Shown here: positions 6,561 through 15,982 of the stretch, one piece after another
How the letters are laid out: the number at the start of each line of letters is the position of its first letter
Numbering within the stretch: the first letter of the stretch is position 1
DNA from: an uncultured virus (IMG/VR IMGVR_UViG_3300029288_000156)
Lineage: Duplodnaviria > Heunggongvirae > Uroviricota > Caudoviricetes
DNA: 64,000 nucleotides
Strand: one strand, 5' to 3'
Virus record (IMG/VR): IMGVR_UViG_3300029288_000156
Translations under genes and position numbers: made by a program
Notes under the pieces: generated by a model
Seen by the model: only the letters and a program-made list of their open reading frames with translations
Told to the model about the DNA's origin: nothing
Databases searched by the model: none

Positions 6561-8014
6561 ACGAAGCAGCGATTAAATCGTTGTCGTTCCTTCAAGACGA
6601 CGCCAGTGAGTTCTGTAAGATGACTGCTATAAAGCTCGTCATGGCCGTGAAGACCAACGGCACCATGGACGTATTCGTGAAGAGCCTTTGATAGGATAGA
6701 CCAACGTCCAGCCGGTGTGAATTTCCAGCGTTTCGCCATCGATCGACTATTATTGTTGTCTTGTTTAACGATCTGGATTGGATTGATGTAGTAGACGTCA
6801 CCATATGTGCCGTGTTCAAATTCAGCCGCCCTATCCTCGTCGAAAATGAAACCAACCGAGAACGTGGCTTCTTTGTTGAAGAGATCATGCAGAGCGAGCA
6901 TAACCGACGTCCAAATCCGCGTGAGTCTTCGACTATAATCACTGAATTCGCTTGGAAGATAATGTATAGGAATTTCCATCCCCGTCGTATTCTTGATGAT
7001 GAATTCGTGGTTGATTTTCGACTGTCGCCCTTGTTGTGTGGTAATTTTCGGAGGCGGCGCAAAATTTGTTTTCTGTTCTTCGAAGATGACCTCGCTCTTA
7101 TCCTCGATCTTCTTTTCTGGAAGAGTGGCATAAGCAGCGGCTACAATTTCGTGCATCGTTTCATGAGCCTTGGCGTGCTGGTTTGAAAGCTTTGCACCCT
7201 TGTAATGGATGTAAGCAGGCTCCGTGTCTCGAAGAGCAGAGAGCTTATTGACAGTAAGCTCGTCGATGAAGGCATCAAGCTGGCTCTGATACTCATGTTT
7301 GAGAGCATCGCGATTAGATTGAATGACCGACGCATCGCCAGCTTTCAATTCGACAACGACGCATCGCTTATTGCTGTCAACGTAGCGGTAGAACATCGGG
7401 ATGCCGTGAATGCGAACGATCATCCTGTTCGGAAATGTCTTGTTGGTATAGACGACGCCCCAGTCAAATTCGCGACGGCGCGAGCCTTTACGAAGCCCGG
7501 CTTCGAAGATCTGTCCGTTGACCTTGACGGTTCCGTTCCACTGGGCCATGTAGAGGAACTGGACGAGATGGTTGGTTAATACTTCTCTGACGTCACCTTC
7601 GATTGTCACTTTTGTCAGAGTGCCAGGATAGTAATGGTCACGCTCTTCAAGGGTGTAGTTACCGCCGCTGCCGACCACGTAAAAATGGCCAGTGTAGATT
7701 TCGTAATGAAGGTGGGCGAAGAGAAGTATCAGTTTGGCGGCACCGAAACCTCCAACGGTGCCTTGGAAATCCTTGCCGGATTCACCGAGTGTAAGCAGCT
7801 TGCCGACGAGTTCGTCCTTGCTCATAGGATCGCCATCGTTACCCCACGAGAAGACGGTATTTCCGTCTTTAATAACAAACCAAGCCTCGATATTCTTGGA
7901 ACGAGGGGCATCCATGCTGTTTTGCATGGCTTCCCGAGGCATAGCCCATCTCCAATCACGATAATCGTTAAGGGACTTCCGGAAGAAATGTGCACCGATT
8001 CCGACTGTGGCCAT
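6557..8014 (-). CDS. GHKL (HATPase_c/Hsp90-MORC-like) ATPase with C-terminal HExxH motif
   Basis: REAMQNSMDA, NDGDPM, GGFGAAK, PGT Bergerat motifs; LHEYVHG...GH near the C-terminus; start moved to ATG 8014, downstream of the promoter. Confidence 0.8.
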   Translation of the reverse strand: MATVGIGAHFFRKSLNDYRDWRWAMPREAMQNSMDAPRSKNIEAWFVIKDGNTVFSWGNDGDPMSKDELVGKLLTLGESGKDFQGTVGGFGAAKLILLFAHLHYEIYTGHFYVVGSGGNYTLEERDHYYPGTLTKVTIEGDVREVLTNHLVQFLYMAQWNGTVKVNGQIFEAGLRKGSRRREFDWGVVYTNKTFPNRMIVRIHGIPMFYRYVDSNKRCVVVELKAGDASVIQSNRDALKHEYQSQLDAFIDELTVNKLSALRDTEPAYIHYKGAKLSNQHAKAHETMHEIVAAAYATLPEKKIEDKSEVIFEEQKTNFAPPPKITTQQGRQSKINHEFIIKNTTGMEIPIHYLPSEFSDYSRRLTRIWTSVMLALHDLFNKEATFSVGFIFDEDRAAEFEHGTYGDVYYINPIQIVKQDNNNSRSMAKRWKFTPAGRWSILSKALHEYVHGAVGLHGHDELYSSHLTELTGVVLKERQRFNRCFV

Positions 8015-8047
8015 TGTGAATCCCCTGGTTGAGCGTTCTGATGTCAA

Positions 8048-8076
8048 ATTATAGCACGAGAATCTACCGCCATTAA
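8048..8076 (-). promoter_or_regulatory. promoter for the GHKL gene
   Basis: minus strand TTAATG-N17-TATAAT with CGTGC. Confidence 0.7.
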
Positions 8077-8106
8077 TCTAGAAAACAGCACTCATGGCGG
8101 TATAAG

Positions 8107-8135
8107 TTAATTCTGTATTTGAGTCGTGCTATAAC
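8107..8135 (+). promoter_or_regulatory. promoter for the lemA operon (divergent pair)
   Basis: TTAATT-N17-TATAAC with CGTGC. Confidence 0.7.
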
Positions 8136-8172
8136 CGGGAAATTTCAACTTCCCATTACTGGAGAAAATGTC

Positions 8173-8775
8173 ATGAAGGGTTGTCTTTGGGCCGCATTGG
8201 GTCTTGTGGGTGTTGCATTACTAGTCGTCGTCATCGCCGGGTTGTCGTGGTGGGGTTGTTATAGCACCCTCAATGTCGGGAACCATACGGCAGAAGAGAA
8301 GTTGGCCAATGTGGGATCTGCATTACAGCGTCGGCTTGACCTTACCCCCAATCTTGTCAGCGTCGTGAAGGGATATGCGAAGCACGAACATGACACTTTT
8401 GCTGACGTCACCAATGCACGTGCGAAGGTCGGACAGATCAATATTAATGCGGCTTCTGCTGACCCAGCCCAAATGAAGAAATTCGCCGAGGCGCAGGGAG
8501 ATCTGTCGTCTGCTTTGTCTCGCTTGATGGTGGTACAGGAGAAGTATCCGGAATTGAAGGCCAACGAAAACTTCAAGGACCTTCAATCACAGCTTGAGGG
8601 CACAGAAAATCGAATCAAGGAAGAACGTGATCGCTACAATAAAGCGGTCAAGGAACAGAATATCGCCATCGACGGCTTGTTCTCTGGCATTGTAGCAAGA
8701 TGCCACGGCTTCAAGAAGTGGGCTAGCTTCGAGGCGGTCGAGGCTGCGAAAACAGCACCGAAAGTAGAATTCTAA
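8173..8775 (+). CDS. lemA: LemA family protein
   Basis: N-terminal TM; QRRLDLTPNLV..VKGYAKHE; EKYPELKANENF..LQ.QLEGTENRI...R..YN. Confidence 0.93.
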   Translation: MKGCLWAALGLVGVALLVVVIAGLSWWGCYSTLNVGNHTAEEKLANVGSALQRRLDLTPNLVSVVKGYAKHEHDTFADVTNARAKVGQININAASADPAQMKKFAEAQGDLSSALSRLMVVQEKYPELKANENFKDLQSQLEGTENRIKEERDRYNKAVKEQNIAIDGLFSGIVARCHGFKKWASFEAVEAAKTAPKVEF

Positions 8776-8827
8776 GATTGTTGGCGATTTAGTTCGTGAA
8801 CTGAGGTTCGTCGGAGGCACTACTAAA

Positions 8828-9010
8828 ATGGTGGTCATTGAGTTCCACGCGACACCAGAAGAAGCTGCGGCCATCGACGAATTGTGTAAGGTGACAGAAC
8901 TTACACCGGAACAGATTTTAAGGCAAGGGCTGCGTCTGTATCAATCTGTCGCAAAAGGCTATACAACCGTTACTACCCCATTTCTAGGTGGCTGTGGAGG
9001 AGAAGAATGA
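8828..9010 (+). CDS. small hypothetical (RHH-like) protein
   Basis: GGAGG RBS, coupled to the next gene. Confidence 0.5.
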   Translation: MVVIEFHATPEEAAAIDELCKVTELTPEQILRQGLRLYQSVAKGYTTVTTPFLGGCGGEE

Positions 9011-9822
9011 GACGCAAACACGGTTTTACACTTGTTGAGTTGTTGGTAGTCATCGCCATCATTGGCATTCTAGCTGGGTTGCTGATTCCAGCGATTCAGA
9101 AAGCACGTGCCGCTTCTTCTGCGCCAACTCTGCGTGGCCCGGTGAACGACGATGCCAAGATTCTCACCGAGGCTCAAATCAGGAGTCTCAGTGATGTTCT
9201 TCTTGCACACGAGAAGAAGACAGGCAATCAGATAGTCATTCTTACTATCTCCACACTAAATGGCAGAGATATTAGCCAATTCGCTATTGAGACGGCTAAG
9301 TCTTGGAAACTAGGTCAGAAAGACAAGGATAACGGCGTCCTGTTTGTGATTGCAGTCAAAGAACACAAGACATGGATTGCCACTGGCCGTGGTATTGGCG
9401 ACAAGCTGACCGATGTTGTGTGCCGCCGTATTCTCGCTGAACAGGTGAAACCGCAATTCAAAGCTGGAAACTATGCTGGTGGAATCGAAGCAGCTATCAA
9501 TGCTATGCTAGCCCGTATTGAAGGGCGGGCGGAAGCTGAACAAAAATCCACGACCCCGCTCGCTGCGGCTGGTGCAGTCGCAGGGGCCGCAGCGGTTAGT
9601 TTTTGGCTTACTGGCTGGGGTATCGCTACGATTATACTCATAGCGATTGTTATCCTGATTATCGTTGCTATAGTAGCATCTAATAGTGGTGGTGGCGGTA
9701 TTTGTAGTGTGATCAGCGATATTGCTGGTAGTGGGGGTAGCAGCGGAGGCGGCAGTAGTGATAGTAGCTACTCTGGCGGCGGTGGCGATTTTGGTGGTGG
9801 CGGGGCTGGCGGAGACTGGTAA
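9007..9822 (+). CDS. TPM-domain (YgcG-like) membrane protein with type IV prepilin-type N-terminal leader
   Basis: HGFTLVELLVVIAIIGILAGLLIPAIQKARAA; VNDDAKIL...WKLGQKDKDNGVLFVIA...GRG..LTD; TM helix; GGGGDFGGGGAGGDW tail. Confidence 0.9.
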   Translation: MRRKHGFTLVELLVVIAIIGILAGLLIPAIQKARAASSAPTLRGPVNDDAKILTEAQIRSLSDVLLAHEKKTGNQIVILTISTLNGRDISQFAIETAKSWKLGQKDKDNGVLFVIAVKEHKTWIATGRGIGDKLTDVVCRRILAEQVKPQFKAGNYAGGIEAAINAMLARIEGRAEAEQKSTTPLAAAGAVAGAAAVSFWLTGWGIATIILIAIVILIIVAIVASNSGGGGICSVISDIAGSGGSSGGGSSDSSYSGGGGDFGGGGAGGDW

Positions 9823-9838
9823 CATTTCATAGGAGTTT

Positions 9839-10222
9839 ATGGTGGATAAAGTATCAATCGTCCAAGTTAAACGCGAGCACGAATCCCTCAGGAAATATTG
9901 GGATAAGTGGTACTGTCTGAATAAATCTGGCAGTGAATCGCTCTATCTACAACGAGACGGTAGTTGGAGCCATGTCTGCTTCTACTTCGATACGGAGCAG
10001 CAATTGCGGTCGCTGTTAACGCAGCATCATCCGAGTACTACAGTTCAGAGGAAGCCTGAACCTGAACATGAATCCGATTCGTTCAGATCGTTTTCGTCAT
10101 CCGACGACAACGATACAAGTAGCTCGCTCGATCTCGGCGGCTTGCTTGGTGGCGGTAGTGATAGCAGTTTTTCCGGTGGTGGCGGCGACTTCGGTGGTGG
10201 CGGAGCGGGCGGCGACTGGTAG
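9839..10222 (+). CDS. hypothetical protein carrying a copy of the TPM Gly-rich tail
   Basis: AGGAG RBS; ends SDSSFSGGGGDFGGGGAGGDW. Confidence 0.75.
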   Translation: MVDKVSIVQVKREHESLRKYWDKWYCLNKSGSESLYLQRDGSWSHVCFYFDTEQQLRSLLTQHHPSTTVQRKPEPEHESDSFRSFSSSDDNDTSSSLDLGGLLGGGSDSSFSGGGGDFGGGGAGGDW

Positions 10223-10234
10223 CATTATGCATTA

Positions 10235-10278
10235 ATGGTTAAGGCCGGGTGAAGAAGACTTCACCCGGCCTTAACCAT
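10235..10278. terminator. perfect 20-bp hairpin
   Basis: ATGGTTAAGGCCGGGTGAAG-AAGA-CTTCACCCGGCCTTAACCAT. Confidence 0.7.
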
Positions 10279-10289
10279 ATTGAGGATTT

Positions 10290-10568
10290 ATGGAAATTTC
10301 GACAGAGATAGCTGACGCTCCTGAGCATGTCGATCCGATGATGGATTGGTCAAATGACCAGCTTTTCTTTACGCATAGTTGGTGGGACGAGACGAGCCAA
10401 TTTGATGACCATCCAAGTAAGAAGTGGTGTGGCGGCTTAGAGTGCTACGAGCGTGAATTTAAGGCACGCATCCCTGTTGTGTTCAAAGACTGTGATGAAG
10501 CTATCGAATGGTTCATTACGTGGATGCAAGATAGCCATCCAGACGAAGAAGGTTTTTGGGTTGAGTGA
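10290..10568 (+). CDS. acidic Trp-rich hypothetical protein
   Basis: GAGGA RBS. Confidence 0.65.
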   Translation: MEISTEIADAPEHVDPMMDWSNDQLFFTHSWWDETSQFDDHPSKKWCGGLECYEREFKARIPVVFKDCDEAIEWFITWMQDSHPDEEGFWVE

Positions 10569-10707
10569 TGGTTATATTGTTCGAGTTTGATTCGCCAACA
10601 ACACATTGGTGGCCAGCTATCATGTGGCATTATGATGGCTTCTTTATGGTTGAGTACTGGCTTGAGTCGTTTTGTTGGAACAACGCTAGTTTCTATAATG
10701 TCACGCG

Positions 10708-11019
10708 ATGAAGTATAAACCACAGCTGAGAATGGTGCATTGTGATATTAGTGTCACCAGATGGTCAGATCTCTGTGACGGCTTGTTCGACACTCCAGAG
10801 GAAGCTTACGGAAAAATCTGCCAGTACGTAAAAGGTGTTCCAGACCGAGTAGGATTTACTGACGCCCCCGAATGCGGTAGAATTAGAACAGGAACCGGAT
10901 ATGGCGAGTCGTCATTATTCGAAGATCCGCAGTTTCATAATTGCCAATTTCGCGTCGTTGACGCGGTAGAATCAAACACAATGGAACTCGAACCATGCCG
11001 AATGATTATGCTTGAGTGA
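10708..11019 (+). CDS. hypothetical protein
   Basis: ORF in a co-oriented run. Confidence 0.55.
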   Translation: MKYKPQLRMVHCDISVTRWSDLCDGLFDTPEEAYGKICQYVKGVPDRVGFTDAPECGRIRTGTGYGESSLFEDPQFHNCQFRVVDAVESNTMELEPCRMIMLE

Positions 11020-11034
11020 TGTATTTCACAGTCT

Positions 11035-11271
11035 ATGCAAATCAAAGATGGCTGGTTCGAAGAACAGGAAGATGGCACAAGAGATTATATCGCCATTTTA
11101 GAGAATGGCGAAGTATGGCGCTGCAAGAATGCTTATCCCGTCAGCATCAAATTTGATGGGATTGAAATGACTACCAGTAACATAGCAGAAGTAATAATTA
11201 CTCAACATTACACAGCAGAGAATAAGAATGGACCGTCCGAAGGTCGGAGTGGGTGTAGCTGTTCGTCGTGA
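11035..11271 (+). CDS. hypothetical protein
   Basis: ORF in a co-oriented run. Confidence 0.5.
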   Translation: MQIKDGWFEEQEDGTRDYIAILENGEVWRCKNAYPVSIKFDGIEMTTSNIAEVIITQHYTAENKNGPSEGRSGCSCSS

Positions 11272-11641
11272 TAACAAGATTCTTCTTGGTCTTCGCCAAG
11301 GTGGACATGCACCGGGCATGTGGGGCCTCCCTGGCGGTCATCTCGAAGGTGGTGAATCATTTGAACAATGTGCGAAGAGGGAAACGCTTGAAGAAGTTGG
11401 TGTGGTATTAGAATCGGCGTCTTACTGGGAAGTCGAAAATGTTATTTTCGATGCTGAACAGAAACACTTCGTTACGATTTTCTTGGTAGCTGATATGCCA
11501 CCAGATCAAGAGCCACAAAATCTTGAGCCAGCAAAATGCGTTAGATGGGAGTGGTTTTCGTGGGACGACCTCCCCAGTCCCGTAATGCCTGGTATCGCAC
11601 AGCTTATCGGACGTGGATGTAGCCCGATACAACTACTATGA
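11228..11641 (+). CDS. NUDIX hydrolase (NUDT15/MutT-like nucleotide triphosphatase)
   Basis: RPKVGVG; PGGHLEGGESFEQCAKRETLEEVG Nudix box; EPAKC..WEWF.WDDLP. Confidence 0.92.
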   Translation: MDRPKVGVGVAVRRDNKILLGLRQGGHAPGMWGLPGGHLEGGESFEQCAKRETLEEVGVVLESASYWEVENVIFDAEQKHFVTIFLVADMPPDQEPQNLEPAKCVRWEWFSWDDLPSPVMPGIAQLIGRGCSPIQLL

Positions 11642-12081
11642 CATTCTTAGCGCAGATTAGAGCCGTTTGCAAGAAATATCCCAACTTGGGCGTTGGCGGG
11701 TTTATGCCCCTTCCAGGCTCTCCAGATTATAAGAAGGTCGTAGCCACAAATAGGCAGGATCTGCTTGATAGAGCCAACGACATCAATTTTGTTGTAAATT
11801 GGCTTGATGGTGTCGAAAAGACTAAATCGATAACGAAACGGTGCGGTAGTAGCTATGGTTTAAAGCATTCCGCTGAACCTGAATCGCCGAATCAATACAT
11901 AGCAAATGGAGTGTTTATTGTAGGGGCTATCATAGCTGGATTCGATTTTATCCGATCACACGACGGGAACGGGAAAAATGCTTATTTCAATATGTCGTGT
12001 AAGTCAATCGCACGCAAGTTTGGTAAATCGTTGCCATTCGAAATCGGATATTCTGCAGTATCTCTGATCAAAGAAATATAG
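11638..12081 (+). CDS. conserved phage protein (SSYGLKH...Y.ANG.FI..A...GF type)
   Basis: motif familiar from phage hypothetical proteins; function unknown. Confidence 0.6.
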   Translation: MTFLAQIRAVCKKYPNLGVGGFMPLPGSPDYKKVVATNRQDLLDRANDINFVVNWLDGVEKTKSITKRCGSSYGLKHSAEPESPNQYIANGVFIVGAIIAGFDFIRSHDGNGKNAYFNMSCKSIARKFGKSLPFEIGYSAVSLIKEI

Positions 12082-12115
12082 ACCTCACCGTATTTAACAA
12101 CGGGAGGTCAATATA

Positions 12116-12871
12116 GTGAAATCGATTCTTTACCAGCTTTCAAAATATAATCCTACACCTGATAATATAAAGGTGACTGTTCCTGAAATCATACAGGAAC
12201 AAGAAGAGGATGAGTTTTGGAAACTAGCTTGCAAGATTGTCAATTCGCAATATTCCAATCACGACAAGCTATGGCAGCATGCCGTAAAGAGTGTGGCATC
12301 ATTACTGGTCGATATGCCGACTAGCCTGCACACAGATATCCTGTTCTCGAAAGAGATACTTGGCATTTATCATTGTTATTATAACCATCACGACCAAGTT
12401 GCCAGTGAAGACTGCACTGACCACTTTTTCATGTCGTTTTTGCAGCAGACAGACCCAATAGAATATCAACAGAAGTTTGAAAACGCCGTTGATAGTACAG
12501 CAAAGAGATTGACTATCATTCGCGTTGCTCTTGCTACATCAGAGCAGAATAGTTTGCATATTTTCTGGAGCAATCCAAATAGCACAAACAGCCACGGCGA
12601 AACCTATACTCATAAGAAGCAAGACGAGCTGCCGCTCGAATTTAGAGGACCTGCCTTCGAGTATTTAGGTATTAGCTCGATTGCTGAAGCCGCCGATCTT
12701 CAAGAGAGGCTTACGAGAACCGCAACTTTAGAGCAGATCATTTTAGGCCGCATGGGCTATATGATGTTCTGGAGTTGGAATGCTCGCGGCAAGAAATCGC
12801 AGGTTCCATTGTTATCGGCACCGCGTAAAGAACTATCACCACCACCAGTTATCTATCTTCCAGCACCATGA
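12116..12871 (+). CDS. hypothetical protein
   Basis: GGGAGG RBS; 251 aa. Confidence 0.65.
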   Translation: MKSILYQLSKYNPTPDNIKVTVPEIIQEQEEDEFWKLACKIVNSQYSNHDKLWQHAVKSVASLLVDMPTSLHTDILFSKEILGIYHCYYNHHDQVASEDCTDHFFMSFLQQTDPIEYQQKFENAVDSTAKRLTIIRVALATSEQNSLHIFWSNPNSTNSHGETYTHKKQDELPLEFRGPAFEYLGISSIAEAADLQERLTRTATLEQIILGRMGYMMFWSWNARGKKSQVPLLSAPRKELSPPPVIYLPAP

Positions 12872-13578
12872 CACCAGAAGCAAAAGAAGTAGTCAAAGCT
12901 TTCAAAAAGAACATCGAACTCCACTATGACTATAGATCTATCGTGGGGACATTAACAGATAGTAACGACGAAAGTGATATCGCAGATGTGCTATCTGAGT
13001 TTTATAATGAAGAATTCTTCAGAATTAAGTTTAATGGATATTGTTCTCCATTAGATCTTGTGAGTGCTTCAGGTCTTATTGTGTCAGAGAACAAGACATA
13101 TGCAGCTGGTAGCTTAAAACAATGCAATCATATCAATGGTGGTGCTGCTGTGTCGCTACATAAGGTTGAGATGCTGCGTATAGCCACAGGTGCCATACCG
13201 CCGCGATACAAAGTTGCTGACACTCATTTCGCAAGATATGGCATATACGCATGCATGGATGCCTACAGGTTCGTATGGACTCTAACTCTCGATAAAATCG
13301 GCAGGGCTGTTGTGGCATCAATGGACGGTGCCTTGAAAATCGGCTTTAATAGTAAATTCGGTCCAAATAAAGGGATGAACATCGAGCGTGGAGACGACCC
13401 TGCTTTTCAACCTGTTATCTTCATACCAGTAAACGATGCTGCGGAAAAAATCGCAAACGGATGGAGATGTATTGGCCGCAAGGTTGATGGTAAGGTTAAA
13501 CTATTCAATATGAGCAGACGTTTTGAAGAGTTTGAAATGTTTGCGATTTGGAGGAAGAGGCACCAGAAAAATGACTAA
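12868..13578 (+). CDS. hypothetical protein
   Basis: ATGA coupling; 236 aa. Confidence 0.65.
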   Translation: MTPEAKEVVKAFKKNIELHYDYRSIVGTLTDSNDESDIADVLSEFYNEEFFRIKFNGYCSPLDLVSASGLIVSENKTYAAGSLKQCNHINGGAAVSLHKVEMLRIATGAIPPRYKVADTHFARYGIYACMDAYRFVWTLTLDKIGRAVVASMDGALKIGFNSKFGPNKGMNIERGDDPAFQPVIFIPVNDAAEKIANGWRCIGRKVDGKVKLFNMSRRFEEFEMFAIWRKRHQKND

Positions 13579-13810
13579 GATGTTGTTCATACAGTTGCAT
13601 GGTCCTGACGGCGAGACAGTCGAGGGTGCCGCATCAATCTATTCAGACGGTAAAGAATTACCTGAAGGGCAACTGTCGGTGCGTAAATCAAAAGCTGATT
13701 CTGATGTTGTGATGGCGGTATCAGACATGCCGCAGCATTGGCAGGATGAGATTAATAGGTGGAACCTATGGTCAGATGAGCATTTACCATGTAGCGAAGC
13801 GATGGACTAA
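13571..13810 (+). CDS. hypothetical protein
   Basis: GAGG RBS, overlaps the previous stop. Confidence 0.55.
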   Translation: MTKMLFIQLHGPDGETVEGAASIYSDGKELPEGQLSVRKSKADSDVVMAVSDMPQHWQDEINRWNLWSDEHLPCSEAMD

Positions 13811-14022
13811 TGTCCAACTGGGAGGATATGCTCTTCATAACCATCGCCTGACATCGGCTTACCAGTTCCCCATCGATATGGCTTAGCCTCTGGGCCGACA
13901 GATTTAGCGGCGTTACACTTCTTTCCTTGATGCGCGTCGTTTTGCCAAACTTTCGTTTTCGGCTGCGAAGTTTGCTTCCGTTCTTTAGTGACGCCATCTT
14001 CTGCGAGTTGTTGTAGTTTCAT
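13807..14022 (-). CDS. small basic protein with MKLQQLAE-type N-terminus
   Basis: GAGGA RBS, TGATG coupling. Confidence 0.6.
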   Translation of the reverse strand: MKLQQLAEDGVTKERKQTSQPKTKVWQNDAHQGKKCNAAKSVGPEAKPYRWGTGKPMSGDGYEEHILPVGH

Positions 14023-14429
14023 CAGTTATCCTCATAGCTCATTTTTTGATCTATAGTACTGAATAATCTTTTGATTGCTCTTGCGTCTCCGCCATACTTC
14101 TTTGTCGCTAAATGTGCCAGAGCATCATTGTTGTCGATGTTGTCGAAGTTCTTATCCCCCCACATATGTGATCCTATCGATGAATTGTGGATGAAATATT
14201 TTATCAAGTCGTCATCCACTGCGAACACATAGGTATTACCTATAACTGGTTTGTGTATTCTTGGTTGGATTCCAAAGGGTAATAGCCAGGCTTCTACATA
14301 TTTCTGGGTATTTGGTGGTAAATCCTGTAGGTTGACGTCTGAAAACGCCCAGCTATTTGTCTGTGCAATCTCGTTATATTGGTTGAGTTCGTCATCTACA
14401 CGGTTTGCTCTGCTCATTTTACCACCCAT
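14022..14429 (-). CDS. hypothetical protein
   Basis: 135-aa ORF coupled to 13807-14022. Confidence 0.6.
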   Translation of the reverse strand: MGGKMSRANRVDDELNQYNEIAQTNSWAFSDVNLQDLPPNTQKYVEAWLLPFGIQPRIHKPVIGNTYVFAVDDDLIKYFIHNSSIGSHMWGDKNFDNIDNNDALAHLATKKYGGDARAIKRLFSTIDQKMSYEDN

Positions 14430-14495
14430 TCTTAGATATATATTTTGCAGGGAGTGTTTGAAAATAGTCCAATCTATATTTGTGGCGTATTTGAA

Positions 14496-14524
14496 TTAAA
14501 TCCGATTCCGCTTGATGCTATAAC
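14496..14524 (+). promoter_or_regulatory. phage promoter
   Basis: TTAAAT-N17-TATAAC with extended TG. Confidence 0.55.
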
Positions 14525-14570
14525 ACTATGCAGAGTTAACCATTACTTTTTGACATTGGAGATAGTTGAT

Positions 14571-15113
14571 ATGGGTGGCATGGCTTGGTCGAGTGCAGAA
14601 CCGGAACGCAAAGAACGGCTTGTTGGCACTGACACCGCGATTTCTGCTATTACTAAATTGGCAGAGGGCAACCCCGGTGCTCTGCGTGTTTGTATCGATA
14701 TACTGAAGTACGGTACAGAAGTCGACCCGCAGGGTATGGCCTTCGGGACACTACTATGTATCGATTCACTGCATATCTATGGTTCCCGCATCTGGTTGCT
14801 GTATAAGGACATTTGCGGTGAAAATCTCGTTATGATGATGGCATGCGTGCGTGGGTGGCAGCTTGGTATCGTGAATCAGAGAGATCTGCTCAAGGCCATC
14901 GAGAATGCCGCCAGCGGCAACCGAGCGCACAACCTCGACCTGCCTGCTATTTTAGTTGCTGTCAAGGAACGTCTTGTCGATTTCGGTAACATGCCAAAAG
15001 TTGCACCAGAATCACCAGTGCCTGAGGTGCCGTGGATGCAACCGGCATTACCATCAGAGCCAGAGCCGTCGCCGTCGCCGGTCGAGCCGCAGCGCATTAT
15101 TGACCTCGACTAA
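14571..15113 (+). CDS. conserved hypothetical phage protein with Pro-rich tail
   Basis: EGNPGAL...IYGSRIWLLYKDICG; GGAG RBS before ATG 14571. Confidence 0.7.
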   Translation: MGGMAWSSAEPERKERLVGTDTAISAITKLAEGNPGALRVCIDILKYGTEVDPQGMAFGTLLCIDSLHIYGSRIWLLYKDICGENLVMMMACVRGWQLGIVNQRDLLKAIENAASGNRAHNLDLPAILVAVKERLVDFGNMPKVAPESPVPEVPWMQPALPSEPEPSPSPVEPQRIIDLD

Positions 15114-15157
15114 ATATATGTAATGAGCAAACCTCGACCAACAGTTGAACGCTGTCC

Positions 15158-15538
15158 TTGTTGTGGAGAATGTGCGGGATATCTGCACAAGCAATCGCCT
15201 CGAAGACAAGAGTTCAAATGTTGCAATTGCCAACATATTTGGACATTCTGGAAGACAAAAAAGAGAAAATGATACTAGGACTGATAAGTACCATTATCTG
15301 CTTTGTTTGTTCTATTATGTCGATTTGCATGAGTCTAGTACTCATGAAGAGGTCGCGTGAGTTGAGGCGAGTTACGGCAAAGCTTGAGAAGTTTGAAAAG
15401 ATCTATGGCGCTATGGCTTTAGAGCTTCAGAATATGACTGATGCTGTAGTGCTGCATGACCACGACGGTGTTGAGATTTTCTATAAAAAGATATACTCAC
15501 TACATCAACAGTTTATGGCTATTCGCACTGACGACTAG
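15158..15538 (+). CDS. membrane protein (one TM + coiled coil)
   Basis: ILGLISTIICFVCSIMSICMSLVLM hydrophobic stretch. Confidence 0.55.
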   Translation: MLWRMCGISAQAIASKTRVQMLQLPTYLDILEDKKEKMILGLISTIICFVCSIMSICMSLVLMKRSRELRRVTAKLEKFEKIYGAMALELQNMTDAVVLHDHDGVEIFYKKIYSLHQQFMAIRTDD

Positions 15539-15547
15539 GAGCGTAAT

Positions 15548-15982
15548 ATGAATACGCTTGTTCTTGTTTCGGTTATGTTCTTATCGCAAATTCCGCCGTC
15601 GCCCGGTGAGGTAACGGCAAAGAGCTACGCGATCGATAGTATGACGACGCAGCAGCAGAGAGAATGGCTGCTCGCTCATATGATGGTTGATTTGCGGTTC
15701 GATGATAAGAAGATGGCGACATGGGAAAAGAAATTGAGCGACATGACACCAACGCAGGTCGCTGTGGCGGCGAAAGCTTATATCTTGCAACAGGAGAAGA
15801 AGCAGCTGCAAGAAGATAGAAATTATGCTATGCGAATGGCGAAGATGCAGGCTCAAGCACACACATACTGGTATAAGACGTACTATAAGTACAAATCATA
15901 CAACTACACCAGCTACCCGAATTATGGGTATGGTTGGGGTTATCCTCTTCGCCCGATTTATGTCGGGCGAATCTATCGCTAG
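15548..15982 (+). CDS. signal-peptide-bearing protein with Tyr-rich tail
   Basis: AGGAG RBS; hydrophobic N-terminus; YWYKTYYKYKSYNY. Confidence 0.65.
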   Translation: MNTLVLVSVMFLSQIPPSPGEVTAKSYAIDSMTTQQQREWLLAHMMVDLRFDDKKMATWEKKLSDMTPTQVAVAAKAYILQQEKKQLQEDRNYAMRMAKMQAQAHTYWYKTYYKYKSYNYTSYPNYGYGWGYPLRPIYVGRIYR

